Below, one piece after another: positions 22,202-31,732 of a stretch of DNA of 64,000 nucleotides (its first letter is position 1; every line of letters begins with the position of its first letter). The notes beneath the pieces were generated by a model. It worked only from the letters and a program-made list of their open reading frames with translations. It was not told where the DNA came from and searched no databases. Both the position numbers and the translations under genes were made by a program. This stretch comes from Gammaproteobacteria bacterium (GTDB lineage: Bacteria; Pseudomonadota; Gammaproteobacteria; G965277405), in NCBI GenBank assembly GCA_965277405.1, contig OZ255726.1:416001-480000 (forward strand). Direction: 5' to 3'.

Positions 22202-23227
22202 TTAGGACGGCCCAACCGACCGGCTGTAGGCAATGTAGTTTTCCATTGCCGCTTTTGCCGCACCGCTTGCCATGGTTTCGATTGCCAGCGCAACGCCATC
22301 TGCAATTGAAGCTGCGCGTCCTGCAACAAATAACGCTGCCCCAGCATTCAGTGCCAAAGTTGTACGTGCCGCCTGATGGGTCCCCATATAGCCGCCGTGA
22401 ATCAAGCGTAATGATTCATCAGAATTAGCAACGCGAATAGCGCTGATTGCAAATTGCGGCAAGCCATATTCACGAGGATCAATTACCATTGGGGTCGCCT
22501 TGCCATCTGCAATATACATGGCGTCAGTAGGCATATTGGAGCTTATCTCATCCATTCCATCTTGCGAGTGTACCACTAATGCCCGATGAAACTTAAGGTC
22601 AATCAGTGCTTGCGCATATGGTTCCAGCCAATGTTTGCTAAACACGCCAAGCAAGGTGTTTTTTGCACCAACTGGATTCAGCAAGGGTCCAAGTAAATTA
22701 AATATCGTGCGGATTCCAAGCGCCTGGCGCATTTTCAAAAAATTTTTCATCATCGGGTGGTGATTTGGCGCAAAGAGGAAACCAAAACCGTTGCAGTCAA
22801 TGCTGCGGGCAACATCAGCGTGACTCATTTGCATATTTACGCCAGCGTGGCGCAATAAGTCAGCAGCACCACTTGAACTCGATATTGCCCCAGCACCATG
22901 CTTTGCGACCTTGGCTCCTGCCGCGGCAGCGATAAATGCAGACCCGATAGAAACATTGAAGGTGCAGTTGCCATCGCCACCAGTGCCAACAATGTCAAGC
23001 AGCTGCGCTGCAGGAATGTTTGGCAGTACTGCTTTTGCATGATGTCGCATATGCGTTGCTGCTGCATGCAATTCACTTGCTGTTTCGCCTTTGCAGCGCA
23101 GTGCCACAAGAAACCCTGCAGCTTGCATATCATTCCAAGTACCATCCAACATCGCTGCAAACGACGCGTCCACCTCTGCTGTGGCAAGATCATGCCCTTC
23201 AATGATTTTTTCAAGCGTGGATATCAT
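22202..23227 (-). CDS. trpD: Anthranilate phosphoribosyltransferase
   Basis: DIVGTGGDG, AKHG, RTIFNLLGPL, DGMDEIS. Confidence 0.95.
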   Translation of the reverse strand: MISTLEKIIEGHDLATAEVDASFAAMLDGTWNDMQAAGFLVALRCKGETASELHAAATHMRHHAKAVLPNIPAAQLLDIVGTGGDGNCTFNVSIGSAFIAAAAGAKVAKHGAGAISSSSGAADLLRHAGVNMQMSHADVARSIDCNGFGFLFAPNHHPMMKNFLKMRQALGIRTIFNLLGPLLNPVGAKNTLLGVFSKHWLEPYAQALIDLKFHRALVVHSQDGMDEISSNMPTDAMYIADGKATPMVIDPREYGLPQFAISAIRVANSDESLRLIHGGYMGTHQAARTTLALNAGAALFVAGRAASIADGVALAIETMASGAAKAAMENYIAYSRSVGPS

Positions 23228-23231
23228 AGTT

Positions 23232-24533
23232 TTATTGCTGTTTGAGGATATTCAAACCCACCAAAAGATTAAATGCCTCTTGTACTTGATAGTCTTCTTT
23301 GAGCAAATCATTGATAGTTTTTTTCTGAGACGAAGTTGCTAAATTCGTCGCAGCTTGTTCGTCACTGACAGCGTTACCATTATCCAAATGCCCCGCCAAA
23401 TCAGCTTCTTTAAAAGTTAAGCCTTGGTGTATTTTTTCAATTTTTGCTAAATCGACTTGTATATCAGGTGTGATGCCTTTCGCTTGAATAGATATTCCAT
23501 TGGGAGTGTAGTACAACGCTGTGGTTAATTTTATGGCAGCTTGTTGGGCAGGCAATGAAATGACAGACTGCACAGAGCCTTTGCCAAATGTTTGTGTCCC
23601 CATAATCACAGCACGTTTATGGTCAAGCAATGCTCCTGCTACAATCTCAGAAGCAGATGCACTCCCACCATTGACCAAGACAACAAGCGGTATTCCATTT
23701 GTCAAATCATCACGTTGGCTATAAAAATCACGTTTTGAACTTGCAGTCCTTCCTTTGGTAAACACCACCATTTTATTTTTTTTAAGCATCGTGTCGCTGA
23801 CTTTGATAGCCGCATCAAGTCTACCTCCTGGATTATTACGCAAATCCAAAACGAAGCCATTTAAATCACCAGCCTGGCGCAAGGCATTGATTGCATCTTG
23901 AAATTCATCATCAGTAGCAGCTTGAAAATTACTAATTCGAATGTAGCCGATGCTGCGGCCGAGTGCTTCGTAGCGCACACTCTTCATTTTGATGATATCG
24001 CGAATGATTTTGAATTGCAGCGGTTGCGCCTCGCCTTCGCGAATAATAGTCAGCACAATTGGTGTTCCAGGTTTACCACGCATCCGCTGTAGCGCTTGCT
24101 CTAATGTCATGCCTTGGACTTGATCTCCATCAAGCTCAACAATGAGATCATTTGACTGTATTCCCGCATGGAAGGCAGGCGTATCATCGATGGGTGATAC
24201 CACCCGCACGACACCACTTTTATCCATAACAATATGAATCCCCAATCCACCAAACTGCCCTTGGGTGCGAATTTGCAAGTCATTGCTTTGCTGTTGATCC
24301 AAATATCCTGAGTGCGGGTCTAACCCACTTAGCATCCCACGAATCGCATGACCGAATAGTTGTTCATCAGTGACCTTGTCAACATAACTGGCGCGAATTG
24401 TTTCAAGAATCTCAACAAATTTACGCGTTTCTTCAATCGGCAGCTTATTGCTTCCTGCTGCAAACGTTGGTGAGCTTAAACTCAAGAACAGCACGACACC
24501 TGCTGTAATACTTCGGTACGGTAATTTGTTCAT
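23232..24533 (-). CDS. ctpA: Carboxy-terminal processing protease (S41, CtpA)
   Basis: Signal peptide, LDPHS, PDZ domain GLGI, LDLRNNPGG, SASASEIVAG, TFGKGSVQ. Confidence 0.9.
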   Translation of the reverse strand: MNKLPYRSITAGVVLFLSLSSPTFAAGSNKLPIEETRKFVEILETIRASYVDKVTDEQLFGHAIRGMLSGLDPHSGYLDQQQSNDLQIRTQGQFGGLGIHIVMDKSGVVRVVSPIDDTPAFHAGIQSNDLIVELDGDQVQGMTLEQALQRMRGKPGTPIVLTIIREGEAQPLQFKIIRDIIKMKSVRYEALGRSIGYIRISNFQAATDDEFQDAINALRQAGDLNGFVLDLRNNPGGRLDAAIKVSDTMLKKNKMVVFTKGRTASSKRDFYSQRDDLTNGIPLVVLVNGGSASASEIVAGALLDHKRAVIMGTQTFGKGSVQSVISLPAQQAAIKLTTALYYTPNGISIQAKGITPDIQVDLAKIEKIHQGLTFKEADLAGHLDNGNAVSDEQAATNLATSSQKKTINDLLKEDYQVQEAFNLLVGLNILKQQ

Positions 24534-24651
24534 GGTGTAATAAATGGATTCATAATCAAGAAGAAAAAATCAACGCATTATTATTGCTGTTCTTGCTTTA
24601 CACGCGTTGCATCTTTCAATAGTGGAGGAATTATTCTAATGTTCAATGATC

Positions 24652-25134
24652 TTACTGCATAGGATGTTGCCAATCTATCATCGTCAGCACGCCATTGCCA
24701 ACTGAAGACGATAAAATCTGCACCCATTGCGCTGATAATTCATCATCAGTAACCTTAATCGTAATATCAAAGCTGGTTGCAGTAGCGTTTTCAATAGTCA
24801 CGGCAACACTCGTATTAGCCACAACGCTGCTATTACATATTGCTTGCCAGAGTGTATTCGCATCGATACACCAGACCCCGTTCACTGCAACTTGCGTTTG
24901 AAATCTACGATGTATTGCATAGCGCATACTAGTGAAAATTTGCTCTATTTGCAGCCTGCGCGCAAAAATTGCTGCGGCCTGCTGTTCGTACTGCAACACT
25001 ATCAATACTGTCGTCATCAACAATGCCTGCACCATCCCCAGCAGGATAACCGGCACAACAATAAACCCAGCTTGGCGTTGTCCTGCATGTGTAACTTTCA
25101 TTGCGTTAGTATGATTGATGTTTTCATCAATCAT
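24652..25134 (-). CDS. Hypothetical protein with a pilin-like class III signal (PilX-like)
   Basis: QRQAG|FIVVPVILLG followed by a hydrophobic helix. Confidence 0.45.
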   Translation of the reverse strand: MIDENINHTNAMKVTHAGQRQAGFIVVPVILLGMVQALLMTTVLIVLQYEQQAAAIFARRLQIEQIFTSMRYAIHRRFQTQVAVNGVWCIDANTLWQAICNSSVVANTSVAVTIENATATSFDITIKVTDDELSAQWVQILSSSVGNGVLTMIDWQHPMQ

Positions 25135-25267
25135 CAGCAGTCCTCAGATTGCTTAGCAATCAATGCAAAGCGCATCTATAAGCAAGCAAATTCGTTGAGT
25201 ACAGCAAGTAGCGGTTACGCCATGATATGCATTAATCCAATTGTGATGACCGTTTGCAGATACATAG

Positions 25268-25551
25268 GGAAGCTCTGATTAAGTCCATGATGGGCGAGAC
25301 GGAGAAAAAACGCTGATGATAACTAGACGCAGTGGGCAGATAATACTGGTGGTATTATCAAGTACTGCAACGACGTTAGCGCAGCGTTTTTTCCCGTCCT
25401 TCTGTTGAATATACTTTGGGTTTGCTGCAGCGGTACTTGCTGTGTTGCATCCCTTGGCGTATATGCTACGGCATACGCCTGCGGAATGCGCCTTGCAATC
25501 ATCAGCAATTGCAGGCAAACTCGCTCCATCAGCGAGTTAATCAGAGGTTCC
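25268..25551. mobile_element. IS5-type MITE, full copy 5
   Basis: ATAG|GGAAGCTCTGATTAAGTCCATG...GTTAATCAGAGGTTCC. Confidence 0.92.
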
Positions 25552-25578
25552 ATCGTAGCTGTTATGTGCAAGACCGAT

Positions 25579-25609
25579 AAAAACCAAGACCACACGAATG
25601 CGGCCTTAG
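25579..25609 (-). terminator. Intrinsic terminator of rpoH
   Basis: Minus strand CTAAGGCCGCA-TTCG-TGTGGTCTTGG-TTTTT: 11-bp stem with G-U pairs, UUCG loop, U tract. Confidence 0.65.
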
Positions 25610-25626
25610 TCAGGAGGATCGGTGTG

Positions 25627-26484
25627 CTATGCTGTTGCCATGGTGCGAATATTATTCATCGCCCGTTCTTCAATCTGACGAACCCGCTCTGCAGAAATGT
25701 TATATTTGTCGGCCAAATCGTGCAGGGTTAGTTTTTCTTCATCAGTGCGCAACCACCGTTGCACAATAATATCACGGCTGCGGTCATCAAGTTGCGCGAC
25801 TGCTGCATGCAGTTTTGTTTGCATGTGATTTTGCCAGTTGCTCTCTTCCATGTTTTGTGCAGGATCTTGAGATTGGTCTATCAGATATACTTGCGCAGGG
25901 AAGTTAGTATCATCGTTATCATCTATCAATGGATCAACGGATGTATCGACTGATGTTAGCCGGTTTTCCATTTCGCGGACGTCTTTTTCTGCAACACCCA
26001 AGTCGGATGCAATGCTGCTCACTTCGTCATTTGACAGCCAGCCCATGCCTTTTTTCTTACTGCGGAGGTTAAAGAATAATTTTCGTTGTGCTTTGGTTGT
26101 GGCAATTTTCACCATCCGCCAGTTCTTTAGCACATATTCATGAATTTCAGCTTTGATCCAATGCACCGCAAACGAAACCAAACGCACGCCCATTGTTGGA
26201 TTAAAACGTTTTACCGCTTTCATTAAACCAACATTACCTTCTTGCACTAAATCAGCCAGTGGCAGTCCATAACCGCCATAGCTACGAGCAATATGCACGA
26301 CAAAACGCAGGTGGGATAATATCAATTTGCGCGCAGAATCAACTGAATCGTTATGATAATAGTCATTGGCTATTTCTAGCTCTTGCTCTGGAGTTAAAAT
26401 TTCAATATTACGAATTGTTTGCAAATACGCGTCAAATCCGCTAGCACTTACTGCTGGTAACGTGGTGGAATATGTGGTTGCCAT
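25627..26484 (-). CDS. rpoH: RNA polymerase sigma-32 factor
   Basis: DLVQEGNVGLMKAVKRF and the RpoH box QRKLFFNLR. Confidence 0.97.
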   Translation of the reverse strand: MATTYSTTLPAVSASGFDAYLQTIRNIEILTPEQELEIANDYYHNDSVDSARKLILSHLRFVVHIARSYGGYGLPLADLVQEGNVGLMKAVKRFNPTMGVRLVSFAVHWIKAEIHEYVLKNWRMVKIATTKAQRKLFFNLRSKKKGMGWLSNDEVSSIASDLGVAEKDVREMENRLTSVDTSVDPLIDDNDDTNFPAQVYLIDQSQDPAQNMEESNWQNHMQTKLHAAVAQLDDRSRDIIVQRWLRTDEEKLTLHDLADKYNISAERVRQIEERAMNNIRTMATA

Positions 26485-26650
26485 GTAAAACTCTCTGTCG
26501 TTGATGCTATAATTTATTTTTTTCAGTTGGTATGCCCGTACTGCAATCCAGCCTACACAATATACGTTTTGATATAAATGATGAATTTGTTACAAGTTGT
26601 AAATGAATATTCATTATTTTTCAAGGGTAACACTATTTATCAGCCCTAGC

Positions 26651-26697
26651 GGACTCGCTGATTAAGTGGCTCCATCAGCGAGCTAGTCAGAGATTCC
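26651..26697. mobile_element. 47-bp internally deleted mini-MITE
   Basis: GGACTCGCTGATTAAG-TGGCTCCATCAGCGAG-CTAGTCAGAGATTCC|TTAG: two TIR-like ends around the end-B subterminal sequence. Confidence 0.65.
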
Positions 26698-26757
26698 TTA
26701 GATATATAGTTTTTTTACAATTTTTTCAATAGTCCTGCATCGCATTTTAATAATTCA

Positions 26758-27345
26758 TCAATTGTTTGCTGTCGCAAGCCGTATAAAGTTTTCTAAAAGT
26801 GTATGCCCATGTTCAGAAAGAATTGATTCTGGATGAAACTGTACCCCATACATTGCCGCATCAATAACCCGCAACCCCATAACTTCATCGCGGTTATTCT
26901 CCGCATCTAAACTCCACGCAGTGACGGCAATCGAGTCTGGGATATCTGTTACAACCAGCGAATGATACCTTCCCGCGACAAATGGTGACGGAATATTTTC
27001 AAAGACATCACCGCCAAGATGTTCAATTGAAGATGCTTTACCGTGCATAATATGTTGTGCTTGGACTATCCGCGCGCCGTATGCTTGAGCAATAGCTTGC
27101 ATTCCCAAGCAAACACCCAAAATGGGGATGCTGCTGCCAAGCTCGCGCACGACATCAAGGCAAATACCAGCATCATCTGGCCGGCCAGGCCCTGGAGAAA
27201 TAACAATGCCTTGTGGTGCCATCTGCTGAATTTCAGTTATATTACACGCATCATTGCGCACTACCCGCGGTTCATGTCCAAGTTCTCCAAGATATTGCAC
27301 AAGGTTGTAGGTAAAAGAGTCGTAGTTATCTATCATTAACAACAT
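26758..27345 (-). CDS. trpG: Anthranilate synthase component II / PabA glutamine amidotransferase
   Basis: IDNYDSFTYNL, ISPGPG, GVCLG, RYHSL, QFHPES. Confidence 0.9.
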   Translation of the reverse strand: MLLMIDNYDSFTYNLVQYLGELGHEPRVVRNDACNITEIQQMAPQGIVISPGPGRPDDAGICLDVVRELGSSIPILGVCLGMQAIAQAYGARIVQAQHIMHGKASSIEHLGGDVFENIPSPFVAGRYHSLVVTDIPDSIAVTAWSLDAENNRDEVMGLRVIDAAMYGVQFHPESILSEHGHTLLENFIRLATANN

Positions 27346-27421
27346 TATTATGAAACCTCTAACACAGCGAATTTGTTACAAAATGGCGTGGGAATAACAC
27401 AGCAACCGCGCTATCTCCTAA

Positions 27422-27702
27422 GGAACCTCTAATTAAGTCGCTGATGGAGCGAGTTTGATGGCAATTGCTGATGATTGCAAGGCGCATTCCGCAGGCGCAT
27501 GCTGTAGCATATACGCCAAGGGATGCAACACAGCAAGTACCGCTACCATCAAACCCAAAGTATATTCAACAGAAGGACGGGAAAAACGCTGCGCTCACGT
27601 CGTTGCACTTGATAATACCACCAGTATTATCTGCGCACTGCGTCTAGTTATCATCAGCGTTTTTTCTCCGTCTCGCCCATCATGGACTTAATCAGAGCTT
27701 CC
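27422..27702. mobile_element. IS5-type MITE, full copy 7 with CTAA target duplication
   Basis: CTAA|GGAACCTCTAATTAAG...CTTAATCAGAGCTTCC|CTAA; directly abuts the IS5 element. Confidence 0.93.
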
Positions 27703-27800
27703 CTAAGGAAGCTCTGATTAAGTCCCAAACAACAGCAATATCAGCTACAAAGATATACAATGGTGAATCTATTTGAATATTTGAATAAGCGGATAATCTT

Positions 27801-28748
27801 ATGAAACAAACAACTTTTGCCAGTGCTGCATACGACCACAAGAAAGTAACAACAAAACGTGAAAAATTCTTGCAGTCGATGGACAAATTAGCTCCATGGC
27901 AACGGTTGTTAGCGTTAATAGAACCGCATTATCCCAAGAAAGGGAATGGCCGCCCACCAATTAATATGCAGACCATGTTACGCGTTTATTGTTTACAGCA
28001 ATGGTACAACTTATCAGACCCAGGGGTAGAAGAAGCACTATATGACATGGAAAGCATGCGGCGTTTTGCCCATATAGAGCTGATAGACGATGCCATCCCT
28101 GATGAAACTACCATCTTGAACTTCCGCAGGATCATAGAAAAGCATCAACTCAGCGTCAAGATACTTGCTGTGGTGAATGAGTATTGTATGGAAAATAATA
28201 TAACAATCTCACAAGGGTCGATGGTTGATGCCACGATCATCCATGCACCATCATCTACGAAGAATAAAGAGAAAGCCCGTGATCCTGAAATGCATCAAAC
28301 AAGGAAAGGCAATCAGTGGTATTTTGGCATGAAGATTCATATAGGAACTGACGCTAATAGCAATATGATTCATAGCGCGACAGTGACAGCCGCGAATGAA
28401 GCTGACATCAATGAACTCCCAAAATTGCTGCGTGAAACAGATAAGGTTATCTTTGCCGATGCAGGATATACGAGCGACAGTTATAAACGCGGCTCGCGTC
28501 ATCTTGGGATAGATTGGCGTGTGAATGATAAACGCAAGCCAAAGCAGCAAATGAGCACCTCGCAGCGCAAACGCAATAGACAGAACTCTAAGGTGCGCGC
28601 CCGGATTGAGCACTGTTTTCGGGTAATCAAATGTCAGTTTGGTTATAAGAAAGCTCGCTACAAAGGACTAGAAAAGAACCGAGTACAAGTATTTTCTTTG
28701 CTTGCATTGACGAACTTATACATGCTTCGAGGACGACTAACAGGATAG
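27801..28748 (+). CDS. IS5-family DDE transposase
   Basis: GRPP, PDETTILNFR, VDATII (D), FADAGY (D), RARIEHCFRVIK (E), KGNQWYFGMK. Confidence 0.95.
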   Translation: MKQTTFASAAYDHKKVTTKREKFLQSMDKLAPWQRLLALIEPHYPKKGNGRPPINMQTMLRVYCLQQWYNLSDPGVEEALYDMESMRRFAHIELIDDAIPDETTILNFRRIIEKHQLSVKILAVVNEYCMENNITISQGSMVDATIIHAPSSTKNKEKARDPEMHQTRKGNQWYFGMKIHIGTDANSNMIHSATVTAANEADINELPKLLRETDKVIFADAGYTSDSYKRGSRHLGIDWRVNDKRKPKQQMSTSQRKRNRQNSKVRARIEHCFRVIKCQFGYKKARYKGLEKNRVQVFSLLALTNLYMLRGRLTG

Positions 28749-28766
28749 AACCGCCAAAAATTCAAG

Positions 28767-28799
28767 AAAAACAGTAAAAAACAGTAAAAAACAGTAAAA
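28767..28799. repeat. 10-bp tandem repeat (AAAAACAGTA x3) in the IS5 3' region
   Basis: Read directly from the sequence. Confidence 0.7.
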
Positions 28800-28974
28800 C
28801 AGCAACACGAAGATCAGCGAAATGATCAAATATTGACCATTGAAAATTATTGCTATTATTTTTTTGGAGTATATGCGAGTTATTGGAGTATATGAGCGTC
28901 TTAATCAGAGCTTCCCTAAGGAACCTCTAACACATAATACTTGGCTGCATGGTAGCCGTAATCTATCGAAACAT

Positions 28975-29505
28975 ATGAGTAAAACACAACAAAAACGCGA
29001 TATGCACGCCGTACAAGAACTTGGTGAGCAACTTTTGCAATTGCCGCAGCATTGGCAATCATTACTTGATGCTAAGGCAATTGATAGCGCACTTGTCAGC
29101 CATTTTACTGAATTTAATCACATCCATGCCAAAGAAGCCCGCCGCCGTCATCTCCAATTTATTGGCAAAATACTCCGCAAGTATGACACAGACCTCATTC
29201 TTAAAACGCTATCTCAACTCGATATCAAACAAAAACGGCAAGCGGTCGGTCAGCATGAACTCCAAGAGTTGTGTGTATTACTGCTAGCAAGCAACAATGC
29301 AGGCTTTGTCGCAGCAACCACTAAGTTTCCAAACATACCGCGGCAAACGCTGCAGCAACTACTGCGGCAATCCCCAAAATATAATACAGGTCTACAGCCA
29401 TGGGCATCACAGGCAAATAAATATCATCGGAAGCTCTGGCAATTGCTTGTCGTTGAAAATCGCCACAGCGTAGCAGCCGACGAGCCAGCACAACTCGATG
29501 GCTAA
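28975..29505 (+). CDS. yjgA: Ribosome-associated protein YjgA (DarP, DUF615)
   Basis: SKTQQKRDMHAVQELGEQL, EARRRHLQFIGKILR; the ORF-track N-terminus reads out of the IS5 end. Confidence 0.85.
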   Translation: MSKTQQKRDMHAVQELGEQLLQLPQHWQSLLDAKAIDSALVSHFTEFNHIHAKEARRRHLQFIGKILRKYDTDLILKTLSQLDIKQKRQAVGQHELQELCVLLLASNNAGFVAATTKFPNIPRQTLQQLLRQSPKYNTGLQPWASQANKYHRKLWQLLVVENRHSVAADEPAQLDG

Positions 29506-29578
29506 CCATCCAGCATCGATGCGAATCACTGCATGATGGCGTTCTCTGCAAATTTATTGCGAAGCTGCAGACCCTTAG

Positions 29579-29863
29579 GGAAGCTCTGATTAAGTCGCTG
29601 ATGGAGCGAGGTTGCCTGCAATTGCTGATGATTGCAAGGCGCAAACCGCTAAGCGCATGCCGTAGCATATACGCCAAGGGATGCAACACAGCAAGTACCG
29701 CTTGTAGGCAAACCATCATATATTCAATAGAAGGACGGGAAAAAACGCTGCGCTAACGTCGTTGCAGCACTTGATAATACCACCAGTATTATCAAGTGCT
29801 GCGCCTAGTTATCATCAGTGTTTTTTCTCCGTCTCGCCCATCATGGACTTAATCAGAGCTTCC
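29579..29863. mobile_element. IS5-type MITE, full copy 8 with perfect TIRs and TTAG duplication
   Basis: TTAG|GGAAGCTCTGATTAAG...CTTAATCAGAGCTTCC|TTAG, 285 bp; internal perfect 17-bp hairpin at 29764-29802. Confidence 0.95.
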
Positions 29864-29891
29864 TTAGACAATAGCGTATTCAAACTCGCGG

Positions 29892-30647
29892 TTATTTTGC
29901 GGCTATATCAATCAATTCAACTTCGAATTTCAACAGTGAGTTAGCAGGAATTGAATTAGTGCCGCTTTCACCATAGCCAAGCTCAGGCGCAATATAAAAA
30001 GTAAATATGTCGCCAACACTCATCAACAACAAGCCTTCTTGCCATCCTTTAATAACGCCATTCAATGGAAACTGTGACGGCTCGTTGCGGTTACGTGAGC
30101 TGTCAAACTCAGTGCCATCAAGCAACGTCCCAACATAATGTACGGTTACAATACTATCATGCGTAGGTTCATTGGTGGCATCACTTTTTTTGTCGATAAT
30201 ATATTGCAGACCAGAGTCTGTAGTTATTACACCAGCTTTCTTGCCATTTTCTGCAAGAAATGCACGCGCTGCTGCAAGATTTTTTTCCGAATCAGCGGTT
30301 GTATTAGCTTGCTGTTGCTGCGCTTGCTCTTCTGTTCTCTTTTTTTCCATATAGATACGAACAGTCGTCTCTAATTCTGCAAGTGGTACAACTGGCTCTT
30401 TATTTTCTGTGGCGGAGGTTGCTCCTTGTAAAAAAACATCTTTGTCAATTTCTTTAAAGAAATCTATTACCTGCTTAGTTTGTAAATAACCAATGGCATA
30501 GCTCATTTGTTCTGAAGCTGACAATGCCGGGTAATCAATGGTTGTTTCTTTTGCTATAGATTGCTCTGTTGTTGCTTGCGATGCGGTATCACTACCATTA
30601 CAAGCAGCAAGAAAGAGCGTAAATACTGTTAGCAATTTGCGATTCAT
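29892..30647 (-). CDS. FKBP-type peptidyl-prolyl isomerase (FkpA/Mip-like lipoprotein)
   Basis: LAAC lipobox, SYAIG, VHYVGTLLDGTEFDSS, VIKGWQEGL. Confidence 0.9.
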   Translation of the reverse strand: MNRKLLTVFTLFLAACNGSDTASQATTEQSIAKETTIDYPALSASEQMSYAIGYLQTKQVIDFFKEIDKDVFLQGATSATENKEPVVPLAELETTVRIYMEKKRTEEQAQQQQANTTADSEKNLAAARAFLAENGKKAGVITTDSGLQYIIDKKSDATNEPTHDSIVTVHYVGTLLDGTEFDSSRNRNEPSQFPLNGVIKGWQEGLLLMSVGDIFTFYIAPELGYGESGTNSIPANSLLKFEVELIDIAAK

Positions 30648-30776
30648 AATGTATCCTTAATTGTGTTGTTAATATTCAAATACACATACCATGCTATGTA
30701 GGTTGTTGCATTTAGTAAAATGTATTCCTGACTGCGTTGTTAATATGCAAAATACGCATATATCTAGATTGTTACA

Positions 30777-31727
30777 TTAAGTAATGCGAGTTACTTGTTT
30801 TTGTAACATTGTTTCAACAATAGCCCTCCTACTGCCCAGCGGAAAATAATCCAACTCCACCAATGCTGCATCAATATGCTGTTGCGCATATACTCTGCAC
30901 TGGTCAAACACCTGCTGGGATGTAAACAATGCTGTACACGTTACCAATGCATCAGGTTGCTGCAAACTATCTTGCAACAGTCGTTGCTGCTGCGGTGTTC
31001 CTTGATGGTAGCCAATCAACCATGGCAAGGTTTTTTTTCCTTCGCGCAAGTCCTGTCCTGCTGTTTTTCCAGTATCAGTATCTGGCAAATAGTCGAGCAA
31101 ATCATCGACGATTTGAAAAGCCATGCCTAGATGATATCCTAGCTGTTCGGCATGCTTAAAAATACTGGCTGGAGCATTTGCAACTGCCACTGCACTATAA
31201 CATGTAGCTTGAAACAACCGCGCAGTTTTTTTATGAATAATCGACCAATACTTATCCATGCTCGGCGTTTGCTCTTGCATATGCAACAATTGGTCGATCT
31301 CTCCCTCGGTGATTACATTGGTGCAGTCAGCAACATAGCGCACTAATTGCAAATTATTTGTTTGTGTCAACATTTGTACAGCGCGTGAATATAAAAAATC
31401 ACCAGCCAATACCGTATGTGCATTGCCCCAGACAATATGTGCGCATGGCTTGCCGCGACGAATCTGTGCATCATCAATGATGTCATCATGAACTAACGTG
31501 GCGATATGAATACATTCAATAACACTGGCAATCCGCAGCAACTCTTCAACATCGCCATCAAGAGATAGCCCTAATGCCAATGCAACTTGCGCCCTGGTAT
31601 GTTTACCACCAGCATTATGCAAATATGCGCTAAATGCATTCACTTCATCCAGCTCAGAGTAAATACGCCCTGCAAACTCATTGACAAACCGCGCATACGC
31701 CGCAGCAAATACCGCTGTATCAGTCAT
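30777..31727 (-). CDS. ispB: Polyprenyl (octaprenyl) diphosphate synthase
   Basis: GGKHTR, LVHDDIIDDAQIRRG, FQIVDDLLD. Confidence 0.85.
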   Translation of the reverse strand: MTDTAVFAAAYARFVNEFAGRIYSELDEVNAFSAYLHNAGGKHTRAQVALALGLSLDGDVEELLRIASVIECIHIATLVHDDIIDDAQIRRGKPCAHIVWGNAHTVLAGDFLYSRAVQMLTQTNNLQLVRYVADCTNVITEGEIDQLLHMQEQTPSMDKYWSIIHKKTARLFQATCYSAVAVANAPASIFKHAEQLGYHLGMAFQIVDDLLDYLPDTDTGKTAGQDLREGKKTLPWLIGYHQGTPQQQRLLQDSLQQPDALVTCTALFTSQQVFDQCRVYAQQHIDAALVELDYFPLGSRRAIVETMLQKQVTRIT

Positions 31728-31732
31728 CGTCT

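Larger units (their letters stand above)
27707..28915 (+). mobile_element. IS5-family (IS5 subgroup) insertion sequence, 1209 bp, apparently intact
   Basis: Perfect 16-bp TIR GGAAGCTCTGATTAAG/CTTAATCAGAGCTTCC, CTAA duplicated on both sides, one transposase gene. Confidence 0.95.

Noticed and set aside
27350-27366. GAAACCTCTAACAC upstream of trpG matching the stub at 28920
   Set aside because: A 12-bp match could be another eroded TIR but is too short to call a duplication boundary.
28840-28974. N-terminal extension of yjgA
   Set aside because: Derived from the IS5 right end and the TIR stub; the conserved protein begins at MSKTQQK.
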